From positions 17,658 to 81,657 of the forward strand of contig CAZVZC010000004.1 in the NCBI GenBank assembly GCA_964631415.1: DNA of 64,000 bases, read 5' to 3'. Source of the DNA: an uncultured archaeon (GTDB lineage Archaea > Asgardarchaeota > Thorarchaeia > Thorarchaeales > Thorarchaeaceae). The notes below the pieces were generated by a model that worked only from the letters and a program-made list of their open reading frames with translations, was not told where the DNA came from and searched no databases. Positions 38,290-48,460 of the stretch are shown one piece after another. Made by a program: the position numbers and the translations under genes. How positions within the stretch are numbered: the first letter of the stretch is position 1; every line of letters begins with the position of its first letter.

Positions 38290-40155
38290 CTACTTCATTT
38301 CCGCCGATAGCCGGGCAGGAAGAAGACGCTTCATCAGAAGTGTCAATGTTGTGGTCAACGTGAATACTAGGAATGACAGGACGAAGAAGAAGTACATCAG
38401 CGACCTGTCAGCATTGCTCAAGAACCAGAGTAATCCGGGTCCACTGTCGACAATGAAGTATGCGGTGACAGAGAGATAGATCCCTGTTATGATGAAGATG
38501 AATAGTGCTAACCACACCATTGCATCCTTCGGAGCCCCCGATTTCTTGTCAGACAGTCTGAGAAGCAAGAAGAGAACAACCAGACTAGGCAACAGAGCAA
38601 ACAACGTGGGGCCGAACAATCGGATCAGGAAGTCTTCGACAGAAGTGAAGAAGTAGCTGGCTGAGAACCTCCAGCCAAACAGAAGCAATCCGACATATAG
38701 CAGCGCGAAGTATATGACAACGACAACTACAGTGGCCGCCACTCGTTGTCCGTCTGCAAGCGCAGTCTTTGTACTGCTAAAAGAGTTTCTGAACAAGACA
38801 GGCACGACCAAGATTCCGGCGAAAATACACGCCAGTACGACCAGAAGCCTTGTGGTTCGTTCTTCAGCGACCTTTGCATTCCACGACGTTCGGAGAATGC
38901 TCTCGGAGACCTCGATAGATGTGATTGCACCGTTGGTGGCAGCACTGCTATTTCCGCTCGTGAAGTTGCCTCGGGCATACGTGATGAGTTGTTCGGCCTC
39001 TGCAATCTGGGACTGATATTGAGTAAGATAGCCCATCTTGCTGACTCTGTGTGTTGCCTGTGCTATGCGTATCTCTGATAGATTGATTCTGTAGACGGCC
39101 TCTTGTTGGAGGGTGAAGCTCAGGCATTGGAACAGGACCGTTCCTGAGCAGTCAGAAGGCACAGCCCAACCCATTACGGCAGCAATGGTGGGAGCAATCG
39201 AGTTCTGATGCAGAGGATCGGCATACGTCCCTGACTTCACACCCGGTCCTCTAATCAGCAGGGGTATGTGAAGCACCTCTTCCTCGATGCCGCCGTGTTC
39301 GCCCTTACCTGAAAGGACATCGACTTGCCCATGATCAGCAACTACAATCACAAGTGTGGTATTCAGCAGCCCCATAGCATCGTATGCGTCCAGCACCTCT
39401 CCAATGTACGTGTCTTCGTTCTTCAGCGCCGTCACATACGACTCGCTTGCAGTGCCGTTCTGATGGCCCGCCTCGTCAGTTTCGCCAAAGTGAACGAGCA
39501 TGAACGTCGGAGAGTGCCTCTCCAAGACAAGACGTGCATAATCTGACACAAGACTGTCTCGATAATCAGGCAAGGTGGCCTCCGTGACCGGCACGCCGCT
39601 TGTCGCGTTTATCAGAACAGCTTCTTCATTGGGCACTTGGCTCGTGAACGCCAGAGAGTAGGTCAGCCAAGGGCCAAAAAGCCCGTACCAAGAGTCACTT
39701 CCAATCATGGCTGTAGTGCCCGAGTTCGTGACTGTCGTGTTCCAAATCGAGTCTGCAAGAAACACCCCTTTGTATTCGTTACTTATTACCTCACTCTCGG
39801 ACGAGTTGACTCCGGATGAGATGACGCAGTAGCCGGTCTTGCTGACACTGAGAAGAGTGGAACACTGGACAGCAGTGAAATTGGCCCAGTCGTCGTAGGT
39901 TTCAATCTCTGGCTTTGACGTTCGATAGAAAGTGTCTGCGCGCACGCCGTCCAGTACGAACACGACTGTCCGATTGGCCAATGGAGTCATCCCCATGCCT
40001 TCAATTGATGAAACAGGTCCGGAGGGCACGTAACTGTAAGGGTTCACAAAGGCCACATAGGTAGAGAGCCCGGACACTAAGAGCTGCAGGAAGCCAAGTG
40101 AAACGAGCAACATCAGTGCTACTGCATACCTGAGACTGCGATTGCATGCTGGCAT
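38290..40155 (-). CDS. alkaline-phosphatase-superfamily membrane enzyme (PIG-N/O/G-like architecture)
   Basis: N-terminal TM; VLDGVRAD, SVSKTGY, GSDSW, HFGETDEAGH, ADHG, GEHGG; about 5 C-terminal TM helices. Confidence 0.8.
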   Translation of the reverse strand: MPACNRSLRYAVALMLLVSLGFLQLLVSGLSTYVAFVNPYSYVPSGPVSSIEGMGMTPLANRTVVFVLDGVRADTFYRTSKPEIETYDDWANFTAVQCSTLLSVSKTGYCVISSGVNSSESEVISNEYKGVFLADSIWNTTVTNSGTTAMIGSDSWYGLFGPWLTYSLAFTSQVPNEEAVLINATSGVPVTEATLPDYRDSLVSDYARLVLERHSPTFMLVHFGETDEAGHQNGTASESYVTALKNEDTYIGEVLDAYDAMGLLNTTLVIVVADHGQVDVLSGKGEHGGIEEEVLHIPLLIRGPGVKSGTYADPLHQNSIAPTIAAVMGWAVPSDCSGTVLFQCLSFTLQQEAVYRINLSEIRIAQATHRVSKMGYLTQYQSQIAEAEQLITYARGNFTSGNSSAATNGAITSIEVSESILRTSWNAKVAEERTTRLLVVLACIFAGILVVPVLFRNSFSSTKTALADGQRVAATVVVVVIYFALLYVGLLLFGWRFSASYFFTSVEDFLIRLFGPTLFALLPSLVVLFLLLRLSDKKSGAPKDAMVWLALFIFIITGIYLSVTAYFIVDSGPGLLWFLSNADRSLMYFFFVLSFLVFTLTTTLTLLMKRLLPARLSAEMK

Positions 40156-40274
40156 CTAGCATTCGCCCCAAATGGTATTTGATGAGGAGTGCCTAAACCG
40201 GCAATCAATGCTATATCAATTGCTGCTCATGATTCTGAGCCCATATCTTGCTGCTGCTAGTCCCCTAGTCGGAT

Positions 40275-40568
40275 TCACGTTGGCTTGATCTCGCCTGCAC
40301 GCCTCAACTCAAACACTACCACGTTGCCCGGGTCTGGACATGCCACAGAGGTGCGATCCGGATCCTTTCCCCAAGGAAAAGCACCACCGAACTCGAGGAC
40401 GGTGACGAATGGAAGCATGGAGTTGTACGCCCAGCGACAGACCTTTGCCCTCTCGCTGTCTTTCGACAGGTCAAACTCGTCACCCACTTTGTAGAGCTTG
40501 CACGGACTCTCTCCTTGCTGGGCACGAAGTTCTGCGACACGTGCAATTATCCGGTATCTCTTTGTCGT
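40275..40568 (-). CDS. TIGR04076-like small Cys protein
   Basis: PCKLYKVGDEF, CRWAYNSMLP, ACPDPGNVVVFEL. The conserved-looking N-terminus needs a start upstream of GTG 40487; ACG 40568 fits. Confidence 0.8.
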   Translation of the reverse strand, partial: TTKRYRIIARVAELRAQQGESPCKLYKVGDEFDLSKDSERAKVCRWAYNSMLPFVTVLEFGGAFPWGKDPDRTSVACPDPGNVVVFELRRAGEIKPT

Positions 40569-40590
40569 TCTTGCATCACCATCCGAAACA

Positions 40591-42240
40591 TCACTTTACC
40601 TCGCGAAGCTCACGTCGCAGTATCTTCCCCACGGCACTCTTCGGCAGTGAGGAAACAAAAGAGATGATGCGAGGGTACTTGTAGGCAGCCATATGCTCCT
40701 TGGCCCACTCCTTGATCTCATCCTCAGTGACCTTTCCTTCGTACTCAGGCTTCAGTCTGATGAATGCCTTGATTGTTTCACCTGCCGCCGGGTCTGGAAT
40801 GCCGATGACTCCAACTTCAGCGACTGCGGGATGTCTGTAGAGGAGATCCTCCACCTCCGCTGGGAATACCGAGTACGCCTTGTACTTGATGAGGTCTTTC
40901 TTCCTGTCGCCGATGTACACATAGCCGTCTGCGTCAAAGCGGCCGATGTCGCCAGTGTGCATCCAACCCCCTTTCAGCGTCTCATCGGACTCCTTCTCCT
41001 TGTGCCAGTAGCCAGCCATCACCTGTGGGCCTCGAATCAGGATTTCACCCCATTCACCAATTGCCATCTCCTTGGCATCATTCGTAGTGTCCACTATCTT
41101 GATGTCAGTGTTGAAGATTGGGAGGCCCACGCTTCCTGGCTTCAAGACACCCTCCGGAATAAGAGTCTGTATTGGCGAGGTTTCTGTCATTCCGTATCCT
41201 TCGACTATGTATATTCCTGTGAGCCGCTGAAACTGCTCCAGAATCTCAACAGGGAGAGGCGCAGCGCCGGAGAAAGCATGCTTCAGGGACTGCAGCGTTT
41301 CTTTCTTGAGGTCAGGCCGCCCTAGCATTGAAACATACAGTGTTGGCACTCCAACGAGTACCGTCGCTCCATACTTCGGGATTACGTGAAGGACCTCCTT
41401 TATGTCGGGTCTTGGGATCATTATGATACTGGCCGCTATGTACGAGGCCAGTACAAGCACACATGAAAGGCCAAATGCGTGAAAGAACGGAAGGACTCCC
41501 ACAAAGCACTCCTTGCCCTCATTGACCTTGAACCACCTACGACCCGCCTCTGCGTTGAACATCAAGTTGCGGTGCGTCAGCATCGCGCCCTTGGGCATAC
41601 CCGTGGTCCCTCCTGTGTATAGCAGAGTGGCAACATCATCTGCGCCAAGAATGTTCTCAGGGGGTGTCACGGGCTGGTCAGACATCAAATCCTGAAAAAG
41701 ACGGATCTCAGGTCCAACCGGTAACGTTGGGTGCTCGATCTTGCCAACAAGCTTGCCCAAAACAGCCTTGGCTTTCGGCAGATATTCACCTGTCCTCGTA
41801 TAGACTACTGTCTGAACTTCTGTGCCCTTTCTCCCTTTCTCAGCAACCTCATGGAACATGTCCAGAGCCACAAGAATCTTGGCTCCAGTGTTCTCAAGTT
41901 GATGGTGAAGCTCGAGTTCCTTGAGCAGTGGATTGACTGGTGAAATCATTGCCCCTGCTTTGAAAGCGCCGTAGAAAGCAATAGGAAACTGCGGCAGGTT
42001 GGGAACCATGATTGCTACTCTATCGCCCTTCTCGATGCCCAAGCCCAATAGAGCATGAGCGAACTGATTACTCATCTCATCGATCTGTCTGTAGTTTATC
42101 GTCTTGCCCATGATGTAGAAAGCGGGATGACTGGGAAACCGCTTGGCAGTAGTCATGAAAGTTTCATGAATTGTTACGTTGGGAACCTCGATATCATGTG
42201 GCAAGCCCTTCGGCCAGCTGTTCTGCCAGAACCTCTCCAT
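40591..42240 (-). CDS. fadD: long-chain fatty acid-CoA ligase
   Basis: YTGGTTGMPKGA, EGYGMTE, HTGDIG, LPKSAVGKILRR. Confidence 0.93.
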   Translation of the reverse strand: MERFWQNSWPKGLPHDIEVPNVTIHETFMTTAKRFPSHPAFYIMGKTINYRQIDEMSNQFAHALLGLGIEKGDRVAIMVPNLPQFPIAFYGAFKAGAMISPVNPLLKELELHHQLENTGAKILVALDMFHEVAEKGRKGTEVQTVVYTRTGEYLPKAKAVLGKLVGKIEHPTLPVGPEIRLFQDLMSDQPVTPPENILGADDVATLLYTGGTTGMPKGAMLTHRNLMFNAEAGRRWFKVNEGKECFVGVLPFFHAFGLSCVLVLASYIAASIIMIPRPDIKEVLHVIPKYGATVLVGVPTLYVSMLGRPDLKKETLQSLKHAFSGAAPLPVEILEQFQRLTGIYIVEGYGMTETSPIQTLIPEGVLKPGSVGLPIFNTDIKIVDTTNDAKEMAIGEWGEILIRGPQVMAGYWHKEKESDETLKGGWMHTGDIGRFDADGYVYIGDRKKDLIKYKAYSVFPAEVEDLLYRHPAVAEVGVIGIPDPAAGETIKAFIRLKPEYEGKVTEDEIKEWAKEHMAAYKYPRIISFVSSLPKSAVGKILRRELREVK

Positions 42241-42409
42241 TTTGCACACGTCCGGGATTAGCTAGATGAAACTATACTAACCTGCAGACCCGGGATATAA
42301 CAGCATTGCCCAATCAAGTGAAACAAAGGCATGTTGACCTCCAGACAAAAACGATTTGTGCCAGCAATACTATGCACCTGATTACTGAAACGCTCTTGGA
42401 GAGGACTAC

Positions 42410-44395
42410 ATGAAGACAATCACTGTGATTGGCGCAGGTACAATGGGGCACGGAATAGCCCAGTTGGCTGCCAAGGCAGGTTATCAAGTGTACCTGAATG
42501 ATGTGAAGAAGGAGTTCATTGACAAGGGTTTCGAACGCATAAAGTGGAGCCTCGGGAAATTCGCAGAGAAGAAGAACATCACTGAGGAGCAGGCGAAGGA
42601 GATCTTCGGGAGAATAAAGCCCGAACTGGATCTAGCAAAGGCCGCAAGAACTGCTGACATCATAGTTGAGGCAATCATCGAGGACATGGCCATGAAGCAG
42701 GAACTTGGCCGTAACTTGGACAAGGTCATGAAGAAAGGGGCCATATTCGCTACCAACACAAGCACACTGCCCATCACAGAGATAGCCTCTGCTTTCTCGC
42801 ATCCTGAGAATGTAATTGGGATGCACTTCTTCAACCCACCACAGCTAATGCCACTGGTAGAGATAATCCGCGGCGAAAAGACTTCAGAGAGCACGCTGAC
42901 GACAATAGTCGAACTGTCGCGCGAGATGGGAAAGGACATTGTCACTTGTAAGAAGGATGTCCCTGGCTTCATTGTGAACCGCATGCTCGGGCCTCTGCTC
43001 AACGAAGCCGCATGGATAGTCGAACGAGGTGAAGCGAGCATCACGGCCATAGACTCTGCATCGAAGTACAGGCTTTCTCTGCCCATGGGTCTGTTCGAAC
43101 TCGCAGACTACAGCGGAGTCGATGTGATCTACAATGCACAGAAGTACTTCGTCAAGAGAGGATTGATTTCCAACCAGCCGCCCATTTGGGAGAAGAAGGT
43201 CAAGGCCCAGGAGTTCGGGATGAAGGTCGGGAAGGGCTTCTACACGTACAAGCAGGGTGCCCTCGGATGGGAGAGACCAGACATCCCGAGAGATGCAGGA
43301 AACAGCGTAGACCTCGTCAGACTCTTCGCTCCGGCAATCAACTCAGGAGCAGAAGTTGTGCGACTGGAGATTGCCACCAGAGAGGACGTCGACAAGTCGG
43401 TGAAGATGGGGCTGGGATTTCCGAAGGGCATTCTCGAGATGGCAGATGAGTTTGGCATAGACAAAGTGATGGATGCTCTGAAAGACCTGCGCAGCAAACA
43501 CGGCGAGTTCTACAAACCAGACCCTATGCTAGAACAGATGATGAGCGAGGGTCGCACAGGGAGGGCGGCTGGCAAGGGATTCTATGATTACAAGGAGAAG
43601 GCAACCGAGCTGGAAACACTCATTTTGAGAAAGGAACCCGAGAACAAAATCGCTTGGCTGATTGTGAACCGGCCGCACAGACTGAACACATTCACCCTTG
43701 AGTCCATAGGGGACTTCCGACGGGCATTCCTTGATGTCGCCGCTGACAAGAACATCAGAGTACTCATAATCACTGGCGCAGGAGACAAAGCGTTCTGTAC
43801 GGGAGCAGACCTGACAGCTTTCTCTGGTGACATCAACCCCTCGGCAGCGCGAGACCTATCCGCACAGGGTCACGACCTCTTCGCCATGATTGAGAAGCTG
43901 CCGCAACCCGTCGTCGCAGCCATAAACGGGTACGCCTATGGAGGTGGGTGCGAACTCTCATTGGCCTGTGATTTCCGGATTGCCGCTGAGCGTGCCAAGA
44001 TCGGTCTGACAGAGATGCGCTTGTCACTCCTTCCTGGATGGGGTGGTACACAGCGGCTACCGAGAATCATCGGGCTTGCGAAGGCCAAGGAGGCCATCAT
44101 GCTTGCACGGAGGTACACTGCTGAGGAGGCACTGGCGATAGGTCTCGTTCACAAGGTCGTTCCAAACGAGCACTTCGAGGAAGAGGTCAGAGCATTCGCA
44201 AAGGAACTGGCCAAACAGTCCCCAATCGCGATAAAACTCGCCAAGCAATGCCTGAATCAGGGTACGCAAGTACCACTCGACGTAGGCATGGAACTTGAAG
44301 CACAGGCCTTCGGGACACTCTTCTCGACAGAGGATCTCTTTGAGGGGATTGCGGCATTCATGGAGAAGAGGGAGCCGGACTTCAAGGGCAAGTAG
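42410..44395 (+). CDS. 3-hydroxyacyl-CoA dehydrogenase / enoyl-CoA hydratase fusion (archaeal order)
   Basis: GAGTMGHGIA, TNTSTL, GMHFFNP; C-terminal crotonase domain (FCTGADL, GGGCEL, PGWGGTQRL). Confidence 0.95.
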   Translation: MKTITVIGAGTMGHGIAQLAAKAGYQVYLNDVKKEFIDKGFERIKWSLGKFAEKKNITEEQAKEIFGRIKPELDLAKAARTADIIVEAIIEDMAMKQELGRNLDKVMKKGAIFATNTSTLPITEIASAFSHPENVIGMHFFNPPQLMPLVEIIRGEKTSESTLTTIVELSREMGKDIVTCKKDVPGFIVNRMLGPLLNEAAWIVERGEASITAIDSASKYRLSLPMGLFELADYSGVDVIYNAQKYFVKRGLISNQPPIWEKKVKAQEFGMKVGKGFYTYKQGALGWERPDIPRDAGNSVDLVRLFAPAINSGAEVVRLEIATREDVDKSVKMGLGFPKGILEMADEFGIDKVMDALKDLRSKHGEFYKPDPMLEQMMSEGRTGRAAGKGFYDYKEKATELETLILRKEPENKIAWLIVNRPHRLNTFTLESIGDFRRAFLDVAADKNIRVLIITGAGDKAFCTGADLTAFSGDINPSAARDLSAQGHDLFAMIEKLPQPVVAAINGYAYGGGCELSLACDFRIAAERAKIGLTEMRLSLLPGWGGTQRLPRIIGLAKAKEAIMLARRYTAEEALAIGLVHKVVPNEHFEEEVRAFAKELAKQSPIAIKLAKQCLNQGTQVPLDVGMELEAQAFGTLFSTEDLFEGIAAFMEKREPDFKGK

Positions 44396-44397
44396 GA

Positions 44398-45582
44398 GTG
44401 GATGTTATGGTTGTGAAGAAACTGCGCGAAGCAGTCATCGTCGAAGCAGTACGAACGCCTATCGGCAAGAGAAACGGGAGTTTTGCCAATGTCCGACCTG
44501 ACGAGTTGGCCTCCCACGTCCTGAAAGAGATCGTCAAGCGGGTCAAGATAGATCCTGCCACCGTCGACGACGTGATCATGGGCTGTAACACTCAGACTGC
44601 ACAACAGGCGGCAAACATAGGCCGCCTCTCGGTATTGGGTGCCGGCTTTCCGTACACAGTGCCGGCTTGCACACTCAATCGAGCGTGCGGCTCATCCCAG
44701 CAGGCAGTCAACTTCGGAGCTCAGTCTATAGCTACATACAACGCAGACATCATCATAGCTGCCGGCGTCGAGCATATGACCCTGCTCCCAATCGGTGCGG
44801 ATTTCGGAGAGGGCTATGCGTCGTTCAATCCGAAGCTCGTGGAGAAGTATGCCCTCGTGCCTATGACGATGAGTTCGGACATGATGGCAGAGAAGTACAA
44901 GATAGCAAGGGAGGACCTAGACAAGTTCGCCCTATGGAGCCACAAGAAAGCGGTTGCCGCTTGGGATGCTGGGAAGTTCGAGAAGGAAGTGGTGCTCATG
45001 GAAGTGGCTCAGCCAGACGGAGGAACCACAATCGTCAAGAAGGATGACAGCCCTCGTCGTGAAACCTCTCTTGAGAAGCTGGCTTCACTGCCCACACTGC
45101 ATGGCGGAACGACCACTGCTGGAAATGCCTGTCCCATAAACGATGGAGCTGCCGCAGTGATGATGATGTCCCGCGAGAAGGCGGACGAGCTCGGTCTCAA
45201 GGCTCGTGCGTTAGTCCATACTCAGGCCGTCGTAGGGGTTGAACCTGTCACCTGCCTTGAGGGACCAATCTACGTCATACCCAAATGCCTGCAACGTGCA
45301 GGACTGACGTTGAAAGACATCGACCTCATGGAGATCAACGAGGCATTTGCATCGGTTGTCTTGGCCACAGGCAAGATGCTAGGCTTTGATGCCCTGACGG
45401 ACAAGCGACTTGCGGTTCATGGTGGCTCAATTGCCCTAGGACACCCTCTTGGCGCCTCTGGTGCTAGGCTGATAACAACGTTGCTCCATGCGCTAGAGGA
45501 CCGAAAGCTGAGATACGGGCTAGTTTCGATGTGCATTGGGCTCGGACAGGGAACAGCTACAATCATCGAACGTGTGAAATAA
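44398..45582 (+). CDS. acetyl-CoA acyltransferase (thiolase)
   Basis: RTPIG, NRACGSS, INEAF, GHPLGASG, MCIGLGQG. Confidence 0.95.
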   Translation: MDVMVVKKLREAVIVEAVRTPIGKRNGSFANVRPDELASHVLKEIVKRVKIDPATVDDVIMGCNTQTAQQAANIGRLSVLGAGFPYTVPACTLNRACGSSQQAVNFGAQSIATYNADIIIAAGVEHMTLLPIGADFGEGYASFNPKLVEKYALVPMTMSSDMMAEKYKIAREDLDKFALWSHKKAVAAWDAGKFEKEVVLMEVAQPDGGTTIVKKDDSPRRETSLEKLASLPTLHGGTTTAGNACPINDGAAAVMMMSREKADELGLKARALVHTQAVVGVEPVTCLEGPIYVIPKCLQRAGLTLKDIDLMEINEAFASVVLATGKMLGFDALTDKRLAVHGGSIALGHPLGASGARLITTLLHALEDRKLRYGLVSMCIGLGQGTATIIERVK

Positions 45583-45647
45583 CAAGCATTCATCTGCATA
45601 GGTTCTTTACGCGACATGCCACATCAGAACTCGCAGGCGGCAATGGC

Positions 45648-46454
45648 ATGAACATCGAGAAAGCTGTTGCTTTCGTGACGGCCAGAGGCAATCCAATCGA
45701 GATTGCTCGAATGTCATCCATACTATGGAATCAGAAGAGCAGCCGTTCTGCTGTCACCAGACTCAGTAGGATGCAGAACGAAGACGGAGGGTACTCGTTG
45801 GAGCAAGGGGGCATCAGCACAGTCTGCACCACGGTCAATGTGATCTCATGGTTGGATGATCTTCAACTTCGCAGTGGCCCGCTCGTAGACATGGCGTTCA
45901 GGTTTCTACTCAAGCACGAACACACCGATGGCGGCTGGGACGAGGTGGAAGGAATCATCGGAACAAACCCTCCTCCATTCCTCATGCCCGGAGAAGCGAG
46001 TACGAGAACTTGGCTCACTGCGTGCTGCGCCCACTGGTTTGTGCGGTTTGGCCGCGGTCAGCCGCTCGACGCCAAGGGACACCCAGTGGATTTCCTGCTC
46101 CAAAGCCGGGAAGCGTCGGGCAGACTGAAGGGGTATCTTCGTGCTACTTGGGATGCTCTGGTCCTATTAAGTCAACACCCCGGGCCTGACTCCAGCGAGT
46201 TCAAGGAAACCTTGGCAGCGATAGAGAGAGAGCTTGCCCCAGAGAACTGGGAAGGGTCCAACCTGGCTTGGCTGCTGTGTTGCTTCAGAGATGCGGGACT
46301 GCCCGGTGACAACCTGCTGGTCAAGAAAGCCCTGGATGAACTCGCCAGAAAGCAGCGCCCGGATGGGAGCTGGTCCTCTGAGGACGGTGAGAAGTTCGCT
46401 GTGAGTGCCACCATTGAAGCGCTACGCGTGCTCAAGCACTATGGCAGAGTCTAG
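45648..46454 (+). CDS. prenyltransferase/squalene-cyclase (QW) repeat protein
   Basis: QNEDGGY, HTDGGW and QRPDGSW repeats. Confidence 0.8.
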   Translation: MNIEKAVAFVTARGNPIEIARMSSILWNQKSSRSAVTRLSRMQNEDGGYSLEQGGISTVCTTVNVISWLDDLQLRSGPLVDMAFRFLLKHEHTDGGWDEVEGIIGTNPPPFLMPGEASTRTWLTACCAHWFVRFGRGQPLDAKGHPVDFLLQSREASGRLKGYLRATWDALVLLSQHPGPDSSEFKETLAAIERELAPENWEGSNLAWLLCCFRDAGLPGDNLLVKKALDELARKQRPDGSWSSEDGEKFAVSATIEALRVLKHYGRV

Positions 46455-46515
46455 AGAGCCGCCATTTGGCCTGACCGAGCCACAACTGACAAGTGGGAGT
46501 CATGTGTGGCAGAAA

Positions 46516-47019
46516 ATGGGTGCCGATACGAGAGAACTCCGTCGAAAGGAGAAAGCGATTGCAAATCGGAACGAGATGCTGTGGATTCTGGAGCACACAC
46601 AGTACATCACAGTTGCGATGTGTGCTGACAACGAACCGTATCTTGTGACCCTGAGCCACGGCTATGACAGAGAAAGGAACTGCATCTATTTTCACTGTGC
46701 GAGAGAGGGCAAGAAGATTGATGTCCTGTCAGTCAACAATGTCGTCTGGGGTCAAGCTCTGATCGACAAGGGCTATGTTCAAGGCGCATGTGACCATCTA
46801 TACGCCACCGTGCATTTCAGAGGCAGGGTCACATTTGTGGGGAATACGGAGGAGAAAGAACATGCGCTCAGAATCATGATACATGCCTTGGACGATGACC
46901 CATCAGCAGTCATCAAGAAACAGCTCACCCCTCAGTCAGTTGCACGCGTCAACATAGGCCGGATCGATATCGATTACATGACGGGAAAGAAGGCAGAGAA
47001 GGTAGTCATGTCAGTATAG
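46516..47019 (+). CDS. pyridoxamine 5'-phosphate oxidase-like (NimA-type) flavin-binding protein
   Basis: RRKEK, PYLVTLSHGY, IYFHCAREGKK, MTGKK. Confidence 0.88.
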   Translation: MGADTRELRRKEKAIANRNEMLWILEHTQYITVAMCADNEPYLVTLSHGYDRERNCIYFHCAREGKKIDVLSVNNVVWGQALIDKGYVQGACDHLYATVHFRGRVTFVGNTEEKEHALRIMIHALDDDPSAVIKKQLTPQSVARVNIGRIDIDYMTGKKAEKVVMSV

Positions 47020-47127
47020 AGGACTACTGTGCCATTGTATCCACGGCCAGTCTTCTTCTGACATCAAGGTTCGTGCTCAGGACAAGCAAGAGGGTCATAT
47101 TCATCTAGGTGAAGCAGCTGATTCTGC

Positions 47128-47757
47128 TTGGCTATGTTGTTTCTTCTTTCTGTCATAGGGATGATAGTTGCGGTTCCGATTCACTTCTTGTCGGTCGAAC
47201 ATTCAAGGCTGGAGAAGAAGTACGGGCAAAAGAAGGGAAGAAAAGTTGGAAGCATATTGGGCATGATATCAGGATGGGGTTTCTTCGGATTCTGGGTGGG
47301 AATATGGGTATCTTCTCAGCCGAAGTTCAGTATCCCGGTTCTTCCAGAATTCGTCGTGTTTATCCCGATTAGTGGCTTGGCAGTCCCCATGGTCCACTTC
47401 TTCTTTGGGCTGCCTCTCGTCTTAGTGGGAGCTTGGTTGGGAATCGCAGGCGTCAAGGAGATCACGCTCAAAGTCGCCGAAACTCACAGAGCAGAGAGAG
47501 TCGTGAAGACGGGGGTCTACTCAACAATTAGGCACCCTCAATACCTAGGCGGCGTTGTTTCTCACTTGGGAATCATACTCATCCTGTGTGCTTGGTATGC
47601 TCTTCTTGTGACGCCGCTGATTGTTTCACTGAACTATGCACTTACCTGGAAAGAAGAGAAGGAGCTCGCGAGGGAGTTCGGCAGTGAATACATAGAGTAT
47701 CAGAGGAGCGTGCCAATGATGGTGCCCCGAGTCGGGGGTCGCAAGGCAGATCATTGA
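47128..47757 (+). CDS. isoprenylcysteine carboxyl methyltransferase/PEMT family protein
   Basis: TGVYSTIRHPQYLG, EEKELAREFGSEYIEYQRSVP. Confidence 0.88.
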   Translation: MAMLFLLSVIGMIVAVPIHFLSVEHSRLEKKYGQKKGRKVGSILGMISGWGFFGFWVGIWVSSQPKFSIPVLPEFVVFIPISGLAVPMVHFFFGLPLVLVGAWLGIAGVKEITLKVAETHRAERVVKTGVYSTIRHPQYLGGVVSHLGIILILCAWYALLVTPLIVSLNYALTWKEEKELAREFGSEYIEYQRSVPMMVPRVGGRKADH

Positions 47758-47934
47758 CATATCGAGAAACATGGGTGAGTGCGATCGGTATCGTTGGCTT
47801 TCCGACCCGCACTAACCGTATTGATTCAGTGGTAGACTACAACATGGCGGAACCTTCCAACTAGAAGCTCGTACCAACGAGAGCTGTACTCAGCGGGCTC
47901 CTGTCGTCCTTGATTTCGCGGCGATGTACAGCGC

Positions 47935-48327
47935 CTACTTGATTCCCATTCTCGTAGTGAGCTTGATTATGACGAATATCACGAAGGCGATTGTTATGAA
48001 GGTGATTAGGTCACCCACGAATGCGCCCACGCGAAATGGCCCAAATACTATCTCCTCCCATACGATGCCGACGGGTAGGAAGAACTGAACAATGGGCATC
48101 ACGAGATTATCCACTAGCGACTTCACAAGACCTCCAAGATAGAGGCCGAGGATGAATGCAGTGGCCAAGCCCATAACCTTGTACTCACTTAGAAAGAACT
48201 TGAATTCGTTCAACAGACCCTTTGGTCTGGGAACGGGTGGACCTGGTGTAAGCAGCTTTCGTATACCTCTTAGCTCTTCCAGAATGGAGTCTTCCTGTTC
48301 CATAGTAGCACCGTCATGTCTTGACAT
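47935..48327 (-). CDS. mscL: large-conductance mechanosensitive channel
   Basis: EFKFFL..YKVMGLATAFILG, LVKSLVDNLVMP, GAFVGDLITF. Confidence 0.85.
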   Translation of the reverse strand: MSRHDGATMEQEDSILEELRGIRKLLTPGPPVPRPKGLLNEFKFFLSEYKVMGLATAFILGLYLGGLVKSLVDNLVMPIVQFFLPVGIVWEEIVFGPFRVGAFVGDLITFITIAFVIFVIIKLTTRMGIK

Positions 48328-48460
48328 GTTCGCACCTCAAGCATGAGTTGTGTGTGTTCAGAGCGGCAGGGAACTCCCGTATCAATCCTATATTATCTAC
48401 CAATGTGCACCAAAACCGCGCTTTATCTGCTTGCTTGGAGATTTTCGGGAGGGAGTTCAT

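Noticed and set aside
47778-47813. Hairpin AGTGCG...CGCACT as a tRNA or ncRNA
   Set aside because: No cloverleaf or T-loop; at most a terminator between convergent genes.
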